Sequence record: SRR31156797_9317
Direction: 5' to 3' (one strand)
DNA: 32,823 nt
The notes under the pieces are model-generated. The model was not told where the DNA came from. It did no database searches and saw nothing but the letters and a program-made list of their open reading frames with translations. Below, in pieces: positions 18,495-28,123 of this stretch. Each line of letters starts with the position of its first letter. The first letter of the stretch is position 1. The position numbers and the translations under genes were made by a program.

Positions 18495-20357
18495 ATGAAT
18501 GCTGAAGGCAACCGGGCAACAATAAAAATGATGGGATTAAACCCCCTCACCCTATCCTTTAATGGTGTTGATGAAAAAGTTTTTCTGAAGAAATATTTTC
18601 GGGATTCTTTATTTCAATTCAGGGTAGCGTTTATTTCAGTTACCTTATTGTATGGAGTTTTTGCGCTGTTGGACAAACCAAACGTAAACCAGTATGCCGA
18701 AATATTTCATTACATCCGGTTTGCATTTGTAATCCCTGTGCTCATAACAGTTTTTTTGCTTTCCTATACCAAATTTTTCCAACGTATCTGGCAATCTTTG
18801 CTATTTGTGTCCTTCTTGGTTGCGGGCTCAGGAATTGCAGCAATGACCGCAATGGTACCTGAAAATTACGCGTACTATGCAGGTATGATGCTGATATTTT
18901 CGGCAGGGTACTTTTTTATTAAACTTCGGTTTTTCCTGGCAACCATTGCAGGTTGGATAACACTTGTCATTTTTAATGCAGGTGCTTTATTTAATGGGAC
19001 CGATGCATTAACACTGTGGACAACCAATGCATTTTATGTTGCTGCAAATGTTATCGGGATGATGGCTGCCTACTATATCGAATTCTACGCACGGCGTGAT
19101 TTTTTTCAGGAGGTACAATTGAAAAAGGAGCGGCAAAAAGTGTTGGATGCAAACCGAAACCTTGAACAAAAAGTTGATCTACGAACAAAAGAACTTCAAA
19201 AAAGTAATGATGAATTGCGTGTTGCCAAGGAAGAAGCGGAAAAGTCAGATAAATTGAAATCGGCCTTCCTGGCCAATATGAGTCACGAAATCAGGACACC
19301 GCTAAATGGCGTGCTTGGCTTTGCGCAATTGATAAAAGATGATGATGACCTGGAGGAAATCAGGGAAAATGCTGAGGTGATCATCGACAATAGCGCACAC
19401 CTGCTGGATTTGATTAATGATATCGTTGATATCTCAAAAATCGAGGCTGGTGTTATGGAGTTGAAGCAGGATGAGTTTTCGCTTAATGAAATGATCAACG
19501 ACCTGGCCGCATTTTTCAGGCGCGATGCCAGCGTTCAGGCAAAGGGCCTGGAAATAAAAACCCGGTTTGACCTGCCTGATAAAACATCAATGATCAAGGT
19601 GGATAAAACAAGGTTAAGGCAGGTGCTGGTAAACCTCACCAAAAATGCATGTAAATACACCAAAGAAGGCTATGTTGAGATTGGATATAATTTGCATGAA
19701 GATAACCTGGTTTTTTATGTGAAAGACACCGGTATTGGCCTTGATGATGAGCAGATCAGGTATATTTTTAACAGATTTATGCAGGTTGCCACAACGGTTT
19801 CGTCCAACGAGGAAGGGGTTGGCCTGGGCCTGACTATTTCGAAAGCCATTGTAAGTCAGCTTGGAGGAGATATCTGGGTTGAGTCGGTACCGGGACAGGG
19901 AGCAATTTTTTATTTCAATATACCTGATAAACCGGGTGAAAATGTAATTTTACAAACAGAATATCAAATGCATTCAAATATGGACTACGATTGGAAGGAT
20001 AAAATAATATTGGTGGCCGAAGATGTCCCAACAAATTTCTTGCTGGTAAAAAAATCGTTACGCAAAACCAACGTGCAGCTTTTGTGGGCCAAAAATGGCA
20101 AAGAAACAGTAGAAATGGTAAAAGAACACGACAATATTGACATGGTGTTGATGGACATCAGAATGCCAATAATAAATGGGTTGGACGCAACAAAAGAGAT
20201 CAAAAAAATCAGGCCAAATCTGATTGTAATTGCACAGACTGCCTATGCAATGGATGGTGACAGAGAAAACAGCCTCGATGCGGGTTGCGATGATTACATT
20301 TCAAAACCGATCAACCTGAAGGAATTTATCGAATTGATAGCAAAATACATGAACTAA
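18495..20357 (+). CDS. Membrane-bound hybrid sensor histidine kinase (about 6 TM + HisKA + HATPase + receiver); PhcS-like candidate
   Basis: TM region containing YYAGMMLIF; H-box FLANMSHEIRTPLNG; N-box LVNLTKNACKY; DTGIG and GVGLGL; receiver VAED..LMDIRMP..SKP. Start moved from 18456 to the in-frame ATG at 18495. Confidence 0.92.
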   Translation: MNAEGNRATIKMMGLNPLTLSFNGVDEKVFLKKYFRDSLFQFRVAFISVTLLYGVFALLDKPNVNQYAEIFHYIRFAFVIPVLITVFLLSYTKFFQRIWQSLLFVSFLVAGSGIAAMTAMVPENYAYYAGMMLIFSAGYFFIKLRFFLATIAGWITLVIFNAGALFNGTDALTLWTTNAFYVAANVIGMMAAYYIEFYARRDFFQEVQLKKERQKVLDANRNLEQKVDLRTKELQKSNDELRVAKEEAEKSDKLKSAFLANMSHEIRTPLNGVLGFAQLIKDDDDLEEIRENAEVIIDNSAHLLDLINDIVDISKIEAGVMELKQDEFSLNEMINDLAAFFRRDASVQAKGLEIKTRFDLPDKTSMIKVDKTRLRQVLVNLTKNACKYTKEGYVEIGYNLHEDNLVFYVKDTGIGLDDEQIRYIFNRFMQVATTVSSNEEGVGLGLTISKAIVSQLGGDIWVESVPGQGAIFYFNIPDKPGENVILQTEYQMHSNMDYDWKDKIILVAEDVPTNFLLVKKSLRKTNVQLLWAKNGKETVEMVKEHDNIDMVLMDIRMPIINGLDATKEIKKIRPNLIVIAQTAYAMDGDRENSLDAGCDDYISKPINLKEFIELIAKYMN

Positions 20358-20375
20358 TTTTTAAAATCCATACCC

Positions 20376-21434
20376 ATGTCACAAGGGCCAAAACATAATA
20401 TCTCCCTGCTGTTTGTTGAAGATAATGAAACCATTAGATTTTTATATAACCGGCTCCTTTCCAGTCGGGTGAAGGAATTTTATATCGGTGAAAATGGTCA
20501 GGAGGGGCTTGAGCTTTATAAAAAACACAAACCTGATCTTATCATAACTGACATTAGTATGCCGATCATGGATGGCCTTGAAATGATTGGCCACATCAAA
20601 GAAATAGACCCGGACGTGAAAGTGATCGTAATGTCGGCGTACAGTATTAAGGAATATTTTCTCGAAGCCATCAACCACGGGGTTCACGGTTACCTCATTA
20701 AACCGGTTGAAGCCAAAAAATTATTCAGCCTGATTGATGAACTGGCAAGCCACATTTTACTTACCAAGGAACTTGCCGAAAAAGAAGAAAAACGAAAAGT
20801 GGCCGAGGAAAATCTCAAGCGATCACTCGAAGAAAAAGAGATTCTGCTTAAAGAGGTACACCATCGTGTTAAAAATAACATGCAGATCATTTCCAGCATA
20901 TTAAAAATGCAGGAGCGACTTATCGATGATGAGCGATTAAAGGTGGTGCTCGAAGAAAGCCAGAACAGGATCAGGTCGATGGCGCTGATACACGAAAACC
21001 TTTATCGCAACGAGAACCTGGCAAACATCATGTTTTCGAACTATGTGAAGAGTCTCGCAGGAAACCTGGCCCGATCGTTTTCCGAACAACAGGGCAACGT
21101 TGCTTTTGACTACGATATCGACGATGTTTACCTTCCCCTCGACATTGGAATACCGTGTGGTTTAATCATCAACGAATTAATTTCCAATTCTTTCAAGTAT
21201 GCTTTTAAAGGAAAAGATAACGGCAAAATCACTATTAATCTGAAGCGCCTGGATGAGCAAAGTTTCAGGCTTGAAGTATGCGATAATGGATTAGGTTTAC
21301 CCGACGGAATCAATATCGAAAAATCGGGATCTCTGGGAATGAAAATCGTTTCCAAACTTGTGATGCAAATCGACGGGACCCTGAAATACGAATACAGCAA
21401 TGGTGCAAAATTTATCATCGAATTCAATATTTAA
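20376..21434 (+). CDS. Cytoplasmic receiver + HisKA_2 histidine kinase
   Basis: Receiver [27 protein letters not shown]-box; [20 protein letters not shown]. Confidence 0.92.
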   Translation: MSQGPKHNISLLFVEDNETIRFLYNRLLSSRVKEFYIGENGQEGLELYKKHKPDLIITDISMPIMDGLEMIGHIKEIDPDVKVIVMSAYSIKEYFLEAINHGVHGYLIKPVEAKKLFSLIDELASHILLTKELAEKEEKRKVAEENLKRSLEEKEILLKEVHHRVKNNMQIISSILKMQERLIDDERLKVVLEESQNRIRSMALIHENLYRNENLANIMFSNYVKSLAGNLARSFSEQQGNVAFDYDIDDVYLPLDIGIPCGLIINELISNSFKYAFKGKDNGKITINLKRLDEQSFRLEVCDNGLGLPDGINIEKSGSLGMKIVSKLVMQIDGTLKYEYSNGAKFIIEFNI

Positions 21435-21445
21435 TATCGGAATAT

Positions 21446-22201
21446 ATGTCAGAATATAAAGTACTAATTGTTGAGGATGAATTGCTGGTTTCAGCTGATA
21501 TCGAGGAGAGCCTGGAGTTATTGGGCTATACTGTGGTTGGAGCCGTGGCAACAGGAAAGGATGCCATTGAAAGCGTGGAAAAAAACCTGCCGGATGTGAT
21601 TCTTATGGATATCATGCTCAAAGGAGATATGACCGGAATAGAAGCGGCAAACATCATCAGGAAAAAGCATGATGTTCCCATTATTTACCTCACTGCAAAT
21701 GCTGATCTTGGTACCATAGAAAAGGCTAAAGTTTCGCTGCCATATGGTTACATTATCAAACCATTTACTGAAAAAGATTTACAGACCAACATCGAGATTG
21801 CCAGGTTTAAGTTTAGCAACGATATCCAGGCGAAAATGGAAAGCGACCAGTACAACCGGTTTTTCAATGATGTGAATAGTGGTAAAACAAGCATGTTCGC
21901 CGAGTCAGGATCAGGACTTGAAAAAATAAAAATCGGAGATATTTATTATATTGATTCAAATGAAGATGGTTCGTTGATTGTGATGTCGGATGAAGACATT
22001 GCCGTTTCAAAATCGGTTGATGAACTCGAAAAAGAATTACCTGATGATCAGTTTATCAAGGTTAACCAAAATCAAATTGTGAATGTCAGAAAAGTATTTC
22101 TCTCAACATTGCCCGAAATAATTATTGCAGATAAAATGAACGTCATCATTGTTGATGAAGACAGAATGGAGCTGGTAAAAGCCAAATTAGAATCCAAATA
22201 A
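21446..22201 (+). CDS. Response regulator with a degenerate LytTR-like output domain
   Basis: Receiver IVEDE..LMDIML..LTA..IKPF; C-terminal IYYIDS...LEKELPDDQFIKVNQNQIVN. Confidence 0.85.
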   Translation: MSEYKVLIVEDELLVSADIEESLELLGYTVVGAVATGKDAIESVEKNLPDVILMDIMLKGDMTGIEAANIIRKKHDVPIIYLTANADLGTIEKAKVSLPYGYIIKPFTEKDLQTNIEIARFKFSNDIQAKMESDQYNRFFNDVNSGKTSMFAESGSGLEKIKIGDIYYIDSNEDGSLIVMSDEDIAVSKSVDELEKELPDDQFIKVNQNQIVNVRKVFLSTLPEIIIADKMNVIIVDEDRMELVKAKLESK

Positions 22202-22240
22202 CTGCAAATAATTATCAAAAAATTCCTACCGGGGGCAGCT

Positions 22241-23122
22241 ATGAATACAACACTAACTGAATTTCGACTTAAAGAAAAAATTATTCAACTTCTACGAAAC
22301 TATGGGCCAGAGCCGGATGAGTACCAATCAATTCTTCAGTTTTTTGATACAATAAAATCCGAGGAAATTAAGGACTTCAGGGATATGATGAAACCCATCC
22401 TGAATCCCAATACCATTATCGGCTTTTCATTTACCAAACCTTTTGGCTATAACGGTGACTTTTTCATTATTGAAAAAATTTACCAGCACTATGTAAACCC
22501 GGATGAAAAGTACCGGAAATGGGACGAATTTTTCCATACATTTCCTGCGGCTATTGCCGTGGTAAACCGAAAAGCACTTGCCAGAGAAGTAATCACCAAT
22601 TTAAATGAAAATGCCCGGGGTAACAGGCAGGATGTCATGATTCTGGGTAGCGGACCAGTGACTGAAGTTTATGAATATTTTCAGCAAACAGATGAAAATT
22701 TCCTTGATTTCGACCTGCTGGACCTGGATAAGCGGTCGATCGAATATGCCAAACAGAAGCACCGAAACAACATAAAATACCTGAATTTTCATAATCAAAA
22801 TGTTATCAGGTTTACCCCCGAAAAAAAATACAGCCTGATTTGGAGTGCCGGATTGTTCGATTATTTCAAGGATAAGCATTTTGTTTTCATGATTAAAAAA
22901 TACTATGAGTTTGTGCAGGATGGGGGCGAAATGATCATTGGCAATTTCAATACAATGAATCCTTCAAGAAAGATAATGGAAGTGCTTGGCGACTGGTTTT
23001 TGTATCATCGATCCGAGGATGAACTGATCGGTTTTGCTTTGCAGGCGGGGATTCCTTACGAAAATGTAGAAGTTATAAAGGAGCCACTTGGGATTAACCT
23101 TTTCCTCAGGGTGAAAAAGTAG
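22241..23122 (+). CDS. Class I SAM-dependent methyltransferase, PhcB-like
   Basis: KPFGYNGDF, ILGSGP (SAM motif I), LLDLD, WSAGLFDY, GGEMIIGNF, WFLYHRS and EPLGINLF motifs, recognised from PhcB-type methyltransferases. Confidence 0.8.
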   Translation: MNTTLTEFRLKEKIIQLLRNYGPEPDEYQSILQFFDTIKSEEIKDFRDMMKPILNPNTIIGFSFTKPFGYNGDFFIIEKIYQHYVNPDEKYRKWDEFFHTFPAAIAVVNRKALAREVITNLNENARGNRQDVMILGSGPVTEVYEYFQQTDENFLDFDLLDLDKRSIEYAKQKHRNNIKYLNFHNQNVIRFTPEKKYSLIWSAGLFDYFKDKHFVFMIKKYYEFVQDGGEMIIGNFNTMNPSRKIMEVLGDWFLYHRSEDELIGFALQAGIPYENVEVIKEPLGINLFLRVKK

Positions 23123-23222
23123 GCTGCTCGTAATGTTTACGATGGTGATCGATACCAACTGATGGCATTCACGGAAAGTTTGAATGCATTATTTCCCTTT
23201 CTCACCAACCACAATAATCAAA

Positions 23223-25646
23223 TTACTCATACTTGAGCACATTCACCGGATTGGCACGTGCAGCTTTCATTGATTGTACAATTACGGTAAGCAACCCAAT
23301 GGTTATGGCCAAAATCAATGAGAAGGTAAAATAGTACCAACTTAGTGCAATCCGGTTGGCGAAGCTATCCAGCCAGTTGGTCATTAAAATGTAGCTGAGT
23401 GGAATAGCCAGAACACCGGCAATGATGATCAGGCTTAAAAACTCCTTTACAAATTTTCTTGTGATCTGATTTTCGGTGCTTCCCAGCACTTTTCTGATCC
23501 CGATTTCCTTGGTACGCTGTTCAGTGCTGTACGACGCCAGCCCCAGCAATCCCATCGAAGAAATGATTACGATAAGTATGGCAAAGTAGCCAAAAATGCT
23601 TAGCAATCTGCGCTCACGGTCATATTGCATTTCAAAATTTGTATCCAGGAAATTGTAGTTTAAAGGGTGTTTTTGGTTATAGGAATTCCATTTTGATTCC
23701 ACAAAAGCAATGGTTTCTTTGAGCGATTCGGGTTGAATTTTAATTGCTATCCTGTTGAGCAGATGAGGTGTAAAGATCATGACCAGGGGTTCAACAGGAT
23801 TTTGAAGTGAAGCATAATGGAAATCATTAATCACCCCAACAATCCGGCCATTTACCCCAAGTCCACAATACATGCGATGTCCCACAGGTTCTTCTAACCC
23901 AAGAAATTTAACTGCAGCTTCGTTCACAACAAACGCAGATGTATCGTCGTGGGCATAATCTTCGGAAAAGAATCTTCCCTGTTTAATTTCTAAATCGAGG
24001 ATGCTGGTGAAGTTCTCATCAACGGCAAAAATATTCATGGTTTTATTGATGAAATTACCATCATCATCTACAAAAAACAACAACCTGCCATGTTTAAATC
24101 CCGGAAGGCTGTTGGTTGCCGAAACCATTTCGATACCCGAAAAATTTCTAAGTTCCTTCACAAAACTTTCTTTTTGTTGTACCATCGAAGTATCAGAAGG
24201 CAGGTTGACCACCATGATGTTATTTTTTTCGAAACCCAGGTCGTGTGTGCGCATAAACTGTAACTGATCAAAAACCACCCAGGTACTGATGAGCATGGCC
24301 ACTGAAATGAGAAACTGTAAAATCACAAGGCCTTTTCTGAGCCCTGCAGCGCTGAATGCCATATTTCCTGACCGGATCTTCATACTGCCGCCTTTTAGCA
24401 CATTCACAGGTTTAAAACCCGAAAGCACCAACGCAGGAAAACTTCCGGAAAACAAACCAACTAACACTACAAGGAGCAATACCTGTATCCAGGTGAAAAA
24501 CAAGCTCATTCCCGCAGTTTGATGAAAAAGTGATAGACTCTTTCCGGTAATTTGATTAAAAACCGGTGTGAATAATTCTATAAGGATCAATGAAATAACC
24601 AGAGAAAAAAGACTGAAGATTATGGCCTCACCCAAAAACTGGATGATGAGCTGCCCCTTATTAGCGCCTGATACTTTTCGGATTCCTATTTCACGGGCAC
24701 GACGGATCGATTTTGCAGTTGCCAGGTTCATATAATTTATACTGGCTATGAGCAGAATAAAAATTCCAATAGCACCAAAAATATAGATGTATTTTGAGCT
24801 GGTGTTCGACGACATGTCGTACTGCCGTGAGGTGTTGAAATGTATTCCAGTTAGGGGCTCTATCTGGAATGAAGCACTTGCTGACAATTCCAGTTCATTA
24901 ATCCATGGGTCGATCGTTTCAGCAGTCCACTGGTCAATACTTCGTTTCAGGTCGGTCATTTTGGTGCCAGGCTTAGCAAGGAGGTAAGTGTAACTTATCA
25001 TTCTAAACCAGTCGGCGTTGAGCGTTTCAACAAAACTCCTGGGAAACGATCCGGAAGAGATGAGGATGTTGGGCACAAAATGCGAAACGAAGTCGTCATT
25101 TTTAAAAACACCATTAATTTTAAAGGTATTGGAAGTGGTTTTAAATGTTTTTCCGATAATGTCTGTCGTTCCAAATAACCGGATGGCTTCTGTTTCTGAG
25201 ACAACCGCTGTAAATGGTTCATTCAGTACGATTTCCCGTTGGCCCGAAATAAAATTATAATCGAATATTCTGTAAAAATCCGGGTCAGTGGCATAAATCT
25301 CCTCTATGGGAAAAATGTGTTCGTCAACCTCAATGTTTTGAGTACCAACCAGACTGAACCTCACAACGGTTTCCACACCAGGGATGGCTTCCTTCAGGGC
25401 AGGGCCAACCGGGAAGGATGTTAGCGCAAAGGGATCATCACTTCCTGACATGTTCAGGCTTTCTGTAATGCGGTAAGTGTTTTCGGCATTAATCCAGCTT
25501 CGGTCGTGGGCCAGCTCACTTTTAATATACATGAATATAATAATTGCTGATGCAAGGCCTACCGCAAAACCAAAAATTGTGATGAGCGAATATGCCAGAT
25601 TCCTTCGCAGGTTCCTGATGGTAGTTATTATATAGTTTTTTATCAT
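23223..25646 (-). CDS. MacB/FtsX-like ABC transporter permease (second paralogue)
   Basis: INYMNLATAKS..RAREIGIRKV, RTKEIGIRKVLGS, NPVNVLKYE. Confidence 0.93.
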   Translation of the reverse strand: MIKNYIITTIRNLRRNLAYSLITIFGFAVGLASAIIIFMYIKSELAHDRSWINAENTYRITESLNMSGSDDPFALTSFPVGPALKEAIPGVETVVRFSLVGTQNIEVDEHIFPIEEIYATDPDFYRIFDYNFISGQREIVLNEPFTAVVSETEAIRLFGTTDIIGKTFKTTSNTFKINGVFKNDDFVSHFVPNILISSGSFPRSFVETLNADWFRMISYTYLLAKPGTKMTDLKRSIDQWTAETIDPWINELELSASASFQIEPLTGIHFNTSRQYDMSSNTSSKYIYIFGAIGIFILLIASINYMNLATAKSIRRAREIGIRKVSGANKGQLIIQFLGEAIIFSLFSLVISLILIELFTPVFNQITGKSLSLFHQTAGMSLFFTWIQVLLLVVLVGLFSGSFPALVLSGFKPVNVLKGGSMKIRSGNMAFSAAGLRKGLVILQFLISVAMLISTWVVFDQLQFMRTHDLGFEKNNIMVVNLPSDTSMVQQKESFVKELRNFSGIEMVSATNSLPGFKHGRLLFFVDDDGNFINKTMNIFAVDENFTSILDLEIKQGRFFSEDYAHDDTSAFVVNEAAVKFLGLEEPVGHRMYCGLGVNGRIVGVINDFHYASLQNPVEPLVMIFTPHLLNRIAIKIQPESLKETIAFVESKWNSYNQKHPLNYNFLDTNFEMQYDRERRLLSIFGYFAILIVIISSMGLLGLASYSTEQRTKEIGIRKVLGSTENQITRKFVKEFLSLIIIAGVLAIPLSYILMTNWLDSFANRIALSWYYFTFSLILAITIGLLTVIVQSMKAARANPVNVLKYE

Positions 25647-25677
25647 ATGAGATTCAGATTATCTGCAGATTGTAATT

Positions 25678-25793
25678 TCATATTTCATGCCAATCGACGT
25701 ATAGTGTTGGTTTTCAAGGAAAAGTAATGGCAGGCGATTACAGCCTGGTGAATTCAATGTTCGATATTGACTTAAGATGTACAGATATGAACA
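25678..25793 (-). promoter_or_regulatory. Sigma54-type promoter with tandem activator boxes (copy 2)
   Basis: Minus TTGGCATGAAATATGA (25693-25678); boxes TGTTCGATATTGACTT (25758-25773) and TGTACAGATATGAACA (25778-25793). Confidence 0.7.
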
Positions 25794-25988
25794 AATCTGT
25801 CATGAGAAGGAAAGCCGGATAGGGTGGTTCGAATAAGCTGAATTGATTTTACAATGACATTGGGCGTGTAGCATGTTTTCATGTTCCATTTGTCATGGGG
25901 CCCATGGAAAATGCGTTTAGTTAGGTAGTTAGCCATGTGCTTCTGTCGGGCTTAGGTATGTGTAATTGCCCAACGTTTGAAAAAACGG

Positions 25989-27482
25989 TTAATTCCTGTT
26001 TCTGAGAATTACCATATCGGCGCTTTTATGAAGCATCTCATAATTGGCGGCCACAAGCTCATGGTCCTCAAGTTGATCCATGCCAAAATGCGTAATGAAA
26101 AACGCTGAAAGGATAATGTAATCAATGTCAAACTCTTCAGCTTTTTTGAGGAACCCGGTTTTATAAATTGTTGTGTCTGATTTTTTTAACTCATTATAGC
26201 ATATTTCGCCCTGGATCCTGTTAAAATGCTCTATTTCATTAAAAACTGAGGCCATTGGTGCAATGATATTCAGGGTGTCGGTTTTATTGCCAATGAACCG
26301 GTTGGTAATTTCACGGGTGTTCAGGTCGTCATATTTTTCAAATGACAGGTTGACGTTATATACCATTTGTACCGAAAAATATCCAATGATGACAAGAGTA
26401 ACCAGCTTGCCAAACTTTTCTTTGCTGAAACTTTTTGATAAAAATACCGGCGAAAAACCTTTTTCTGAAATGTATCCCAATGCGAGGGAGATCATTAAAA
26501 CGAAATAAGGCATGTATAAAATGAGGTATTTTGAGGATTTGTTCACCGAAATGAACATCAGGGAGATGACCAATAAGAGTGTGTACCTCAAAAGGTTTCT
26601 GTGATTTTTCAAATGCCTGAATGCAGGAATGAAAACCAGGAGGAAGAGTATTGTGAAAGAAAATTCAACCGGACTGTGAAAAAAGCGCATTTGTTCATCA
26701 GCGATCCGTTTAAAGAAATGCAGGACAGGGGATTGTTGGTTGATGGCTTCAACAGAAGGTGAGTCGTTGAATTGATGATACCATAGCTGAAAATCAGCTA
26801 CCGAAAGCATGTCAAGAAAGTAAATGCCGATGGCAGGTATTGTGGCAAGCCCGAATAAAACACCTGCCCAAAATCGTTTATTCCAAATCAATAATGCAAA
26901 TCCTGCTGCAACAAAGATGAGTCCGTTGAGGTGTGTTGATACTGCAAGTCCTGCAAAGAGGCCGGCCAGAATAAGTGATAGTTTTTGATTTTTATTTTTC
27001 AGGGATTTTTCAAGAAAAATATAGGATACAAATCCAAATGTCATGACCATTATTTCAGGCCGGTAAACAAACGACAGGTTGAAAATGATGGCGTTGGCTA
27101 ATATGATTGAGATGGCAATAAGAAATTCTTTTGGGGCCAGAATTTTTCTGTATGTATAACCAAAGAAAATCATCAAAAAGGCAATAAATGATATCAGGCT
27201 TATTGATTTGAGCACTGTGAGTGAGAATCCAAATATCTTGATAAACCCGGCACCGATGTATGTGTGAAGCTTATGGTGAACAACAATTTTTTCCTCTTGG
27301 TTGGTAATGCCCCTCATTAACTCCGATTTGGCCTGACCGGTTTTTGCAAGCCAGTAGGTATGGTCGCCTAACCATGCATCGTCAACATGTGGAGGCCTTC
27401 CGATCAGGCTGTATATGTACAGCATGAGGATTCCTCCTATTAAAATTTTCAGGATTAACGGATTTTTGAATGTCTTCACCAT
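25989..27482 (-). CDS. ArnT/PMT-like (GT-C fold) membrane glycosyltransferase
   Basis: First-loop acidic motif HVDDAW, YRPE, LAGLFAGLAVSTH; many TM segments. Likely start is the ATG at 27482 rather than the TTG at 27602. Confidence 0.75.
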   Translation of the reverse strand: MVKTFKNPLILKILIGGILMLYIYSLIGRPPHVDDAWLGDHTYWLAKTGQAKSELMRGITNQEEKIVVHHKLHTYIGAGFIKIFGFSLTVLKSISLISFIAFLMIFFGYTYRKILAPKEFLIAISIILANAIIFNLSFVYRPEIMVMTFGFVSYIFLEKSLKNKNQKLSLILAGLFAGLAVSTHLNGLIFVAAGFALLIWNKRFWAGVLFGLATIPAIGIYFLDMLSVADFQLWYHQFNDSPSVEAINQQSPVLHFFKRIADEQMRFFHSPVEFSFTILFLLVFIPAFRHLKNHRNLLRYTLLLVISLMFISVNKSSKYLILYMPYFVLMISLALGYISEKGFSPVFLSKSFSKEKFGKLVTLVIIGYFSVQMVYNVNLSFEKYDDLNTREITNRFIGNKTDTLNIIAPMASVFNEIEHFNRIQGEICYNELKKSDTTIYKTGFLKKAEEFDIDYIILSAFFITHFGMDQLEDHELVAANYEMLHKSADMVILRNRN

Positions 27483-27634
27483 AAAATGCTCAGGGCAATT
27501 TTGAATACCCTCAAACTGGGTTTTCGAAAAAAAATTGCGGACATTACAAAAATCGTGCTGAAAATAAGAGTACTGACTTTCAGAATTTTGAAAGAAAAAC
27601 AAATCCTAAAAGGTTACAAGGGCACTCCTGAATT

Positions 27635-28075
27635 TTAATACCGATGATAAACTTTACTTACAATACGCCAGCCTTCGGGAAATTTATACAGGAACAGATA
27701 ATCGGTAAAAATCCGTGTGTTGTCACGAAAAAGATCAATTTTTGCCATGGCAGACTCCCCCGTAATATCGATCTCAACAAACTCCACAGTTGTTTTTTCA
27801 TCCGGCCCTTCCGGTTTTTCTGCCTTTCGTTTTTTTGTGCTTTCAATCCAGGAATAGATGGGGTATTTCACCAGTTGTCCTTCCTGATTTTTAATGAGCA
27901 GGTTGAATCCCGGGTGAAATCCTTGTTCGATGTTCTCAATGCTTTTCAGGTTGTGGATGCCATCGATGTATGCCGATTGAATAACTTTTTTGATGGCTTT
28001 TTCTTCGTTTTGTGCTGTGGCAAAATTGAACGATGTCACAATCATGATGATGATGAGTGGTAGTACTTTTTTCAT
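27635..28075 (-). CDS. Exported NTF2-like (putative lumazine-binding family) protein
   Basis: Signal peptide ATA-Q; YIDG, GFHP, IDITGESAMAK, FTDYLFLYK...WRIVSK. Confidence 0.8.
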   Translation of the reverse strand: MKKVLPLIIIMIVTSFNFATAQNEEKAIKKVIQSAYIDGIHNLKSIENIEQGFHPGFNLLIKNQEGQLVKYPIYSWIESTKKRKAEKPEGPDEKTTVEFVEIDITGESAMAKIDLFRDNTRIFTDYLFLYKFPEGWRIVSKVYHRY

Positions 28076-28123
28076 GTAATTTCTCCTTTAATAGTTTTGT
28101 GTATTTAAAAATATTGTATGTGG

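Noticed and set aside
25800-25985. Intergenic stretch with short hairpins (CATGGGGCCCATG) as a possible ncRNA or riboswitch
   Set aside because: No recognisable RNA family motif, and the stems are too short to support a call
27483-27602. 40-aa N-terminal extension of the glycosyltransferase
   Set aside because: TTG start in AT-rich intergenic-like sequence; the first TM helix follows the ATG at 27482
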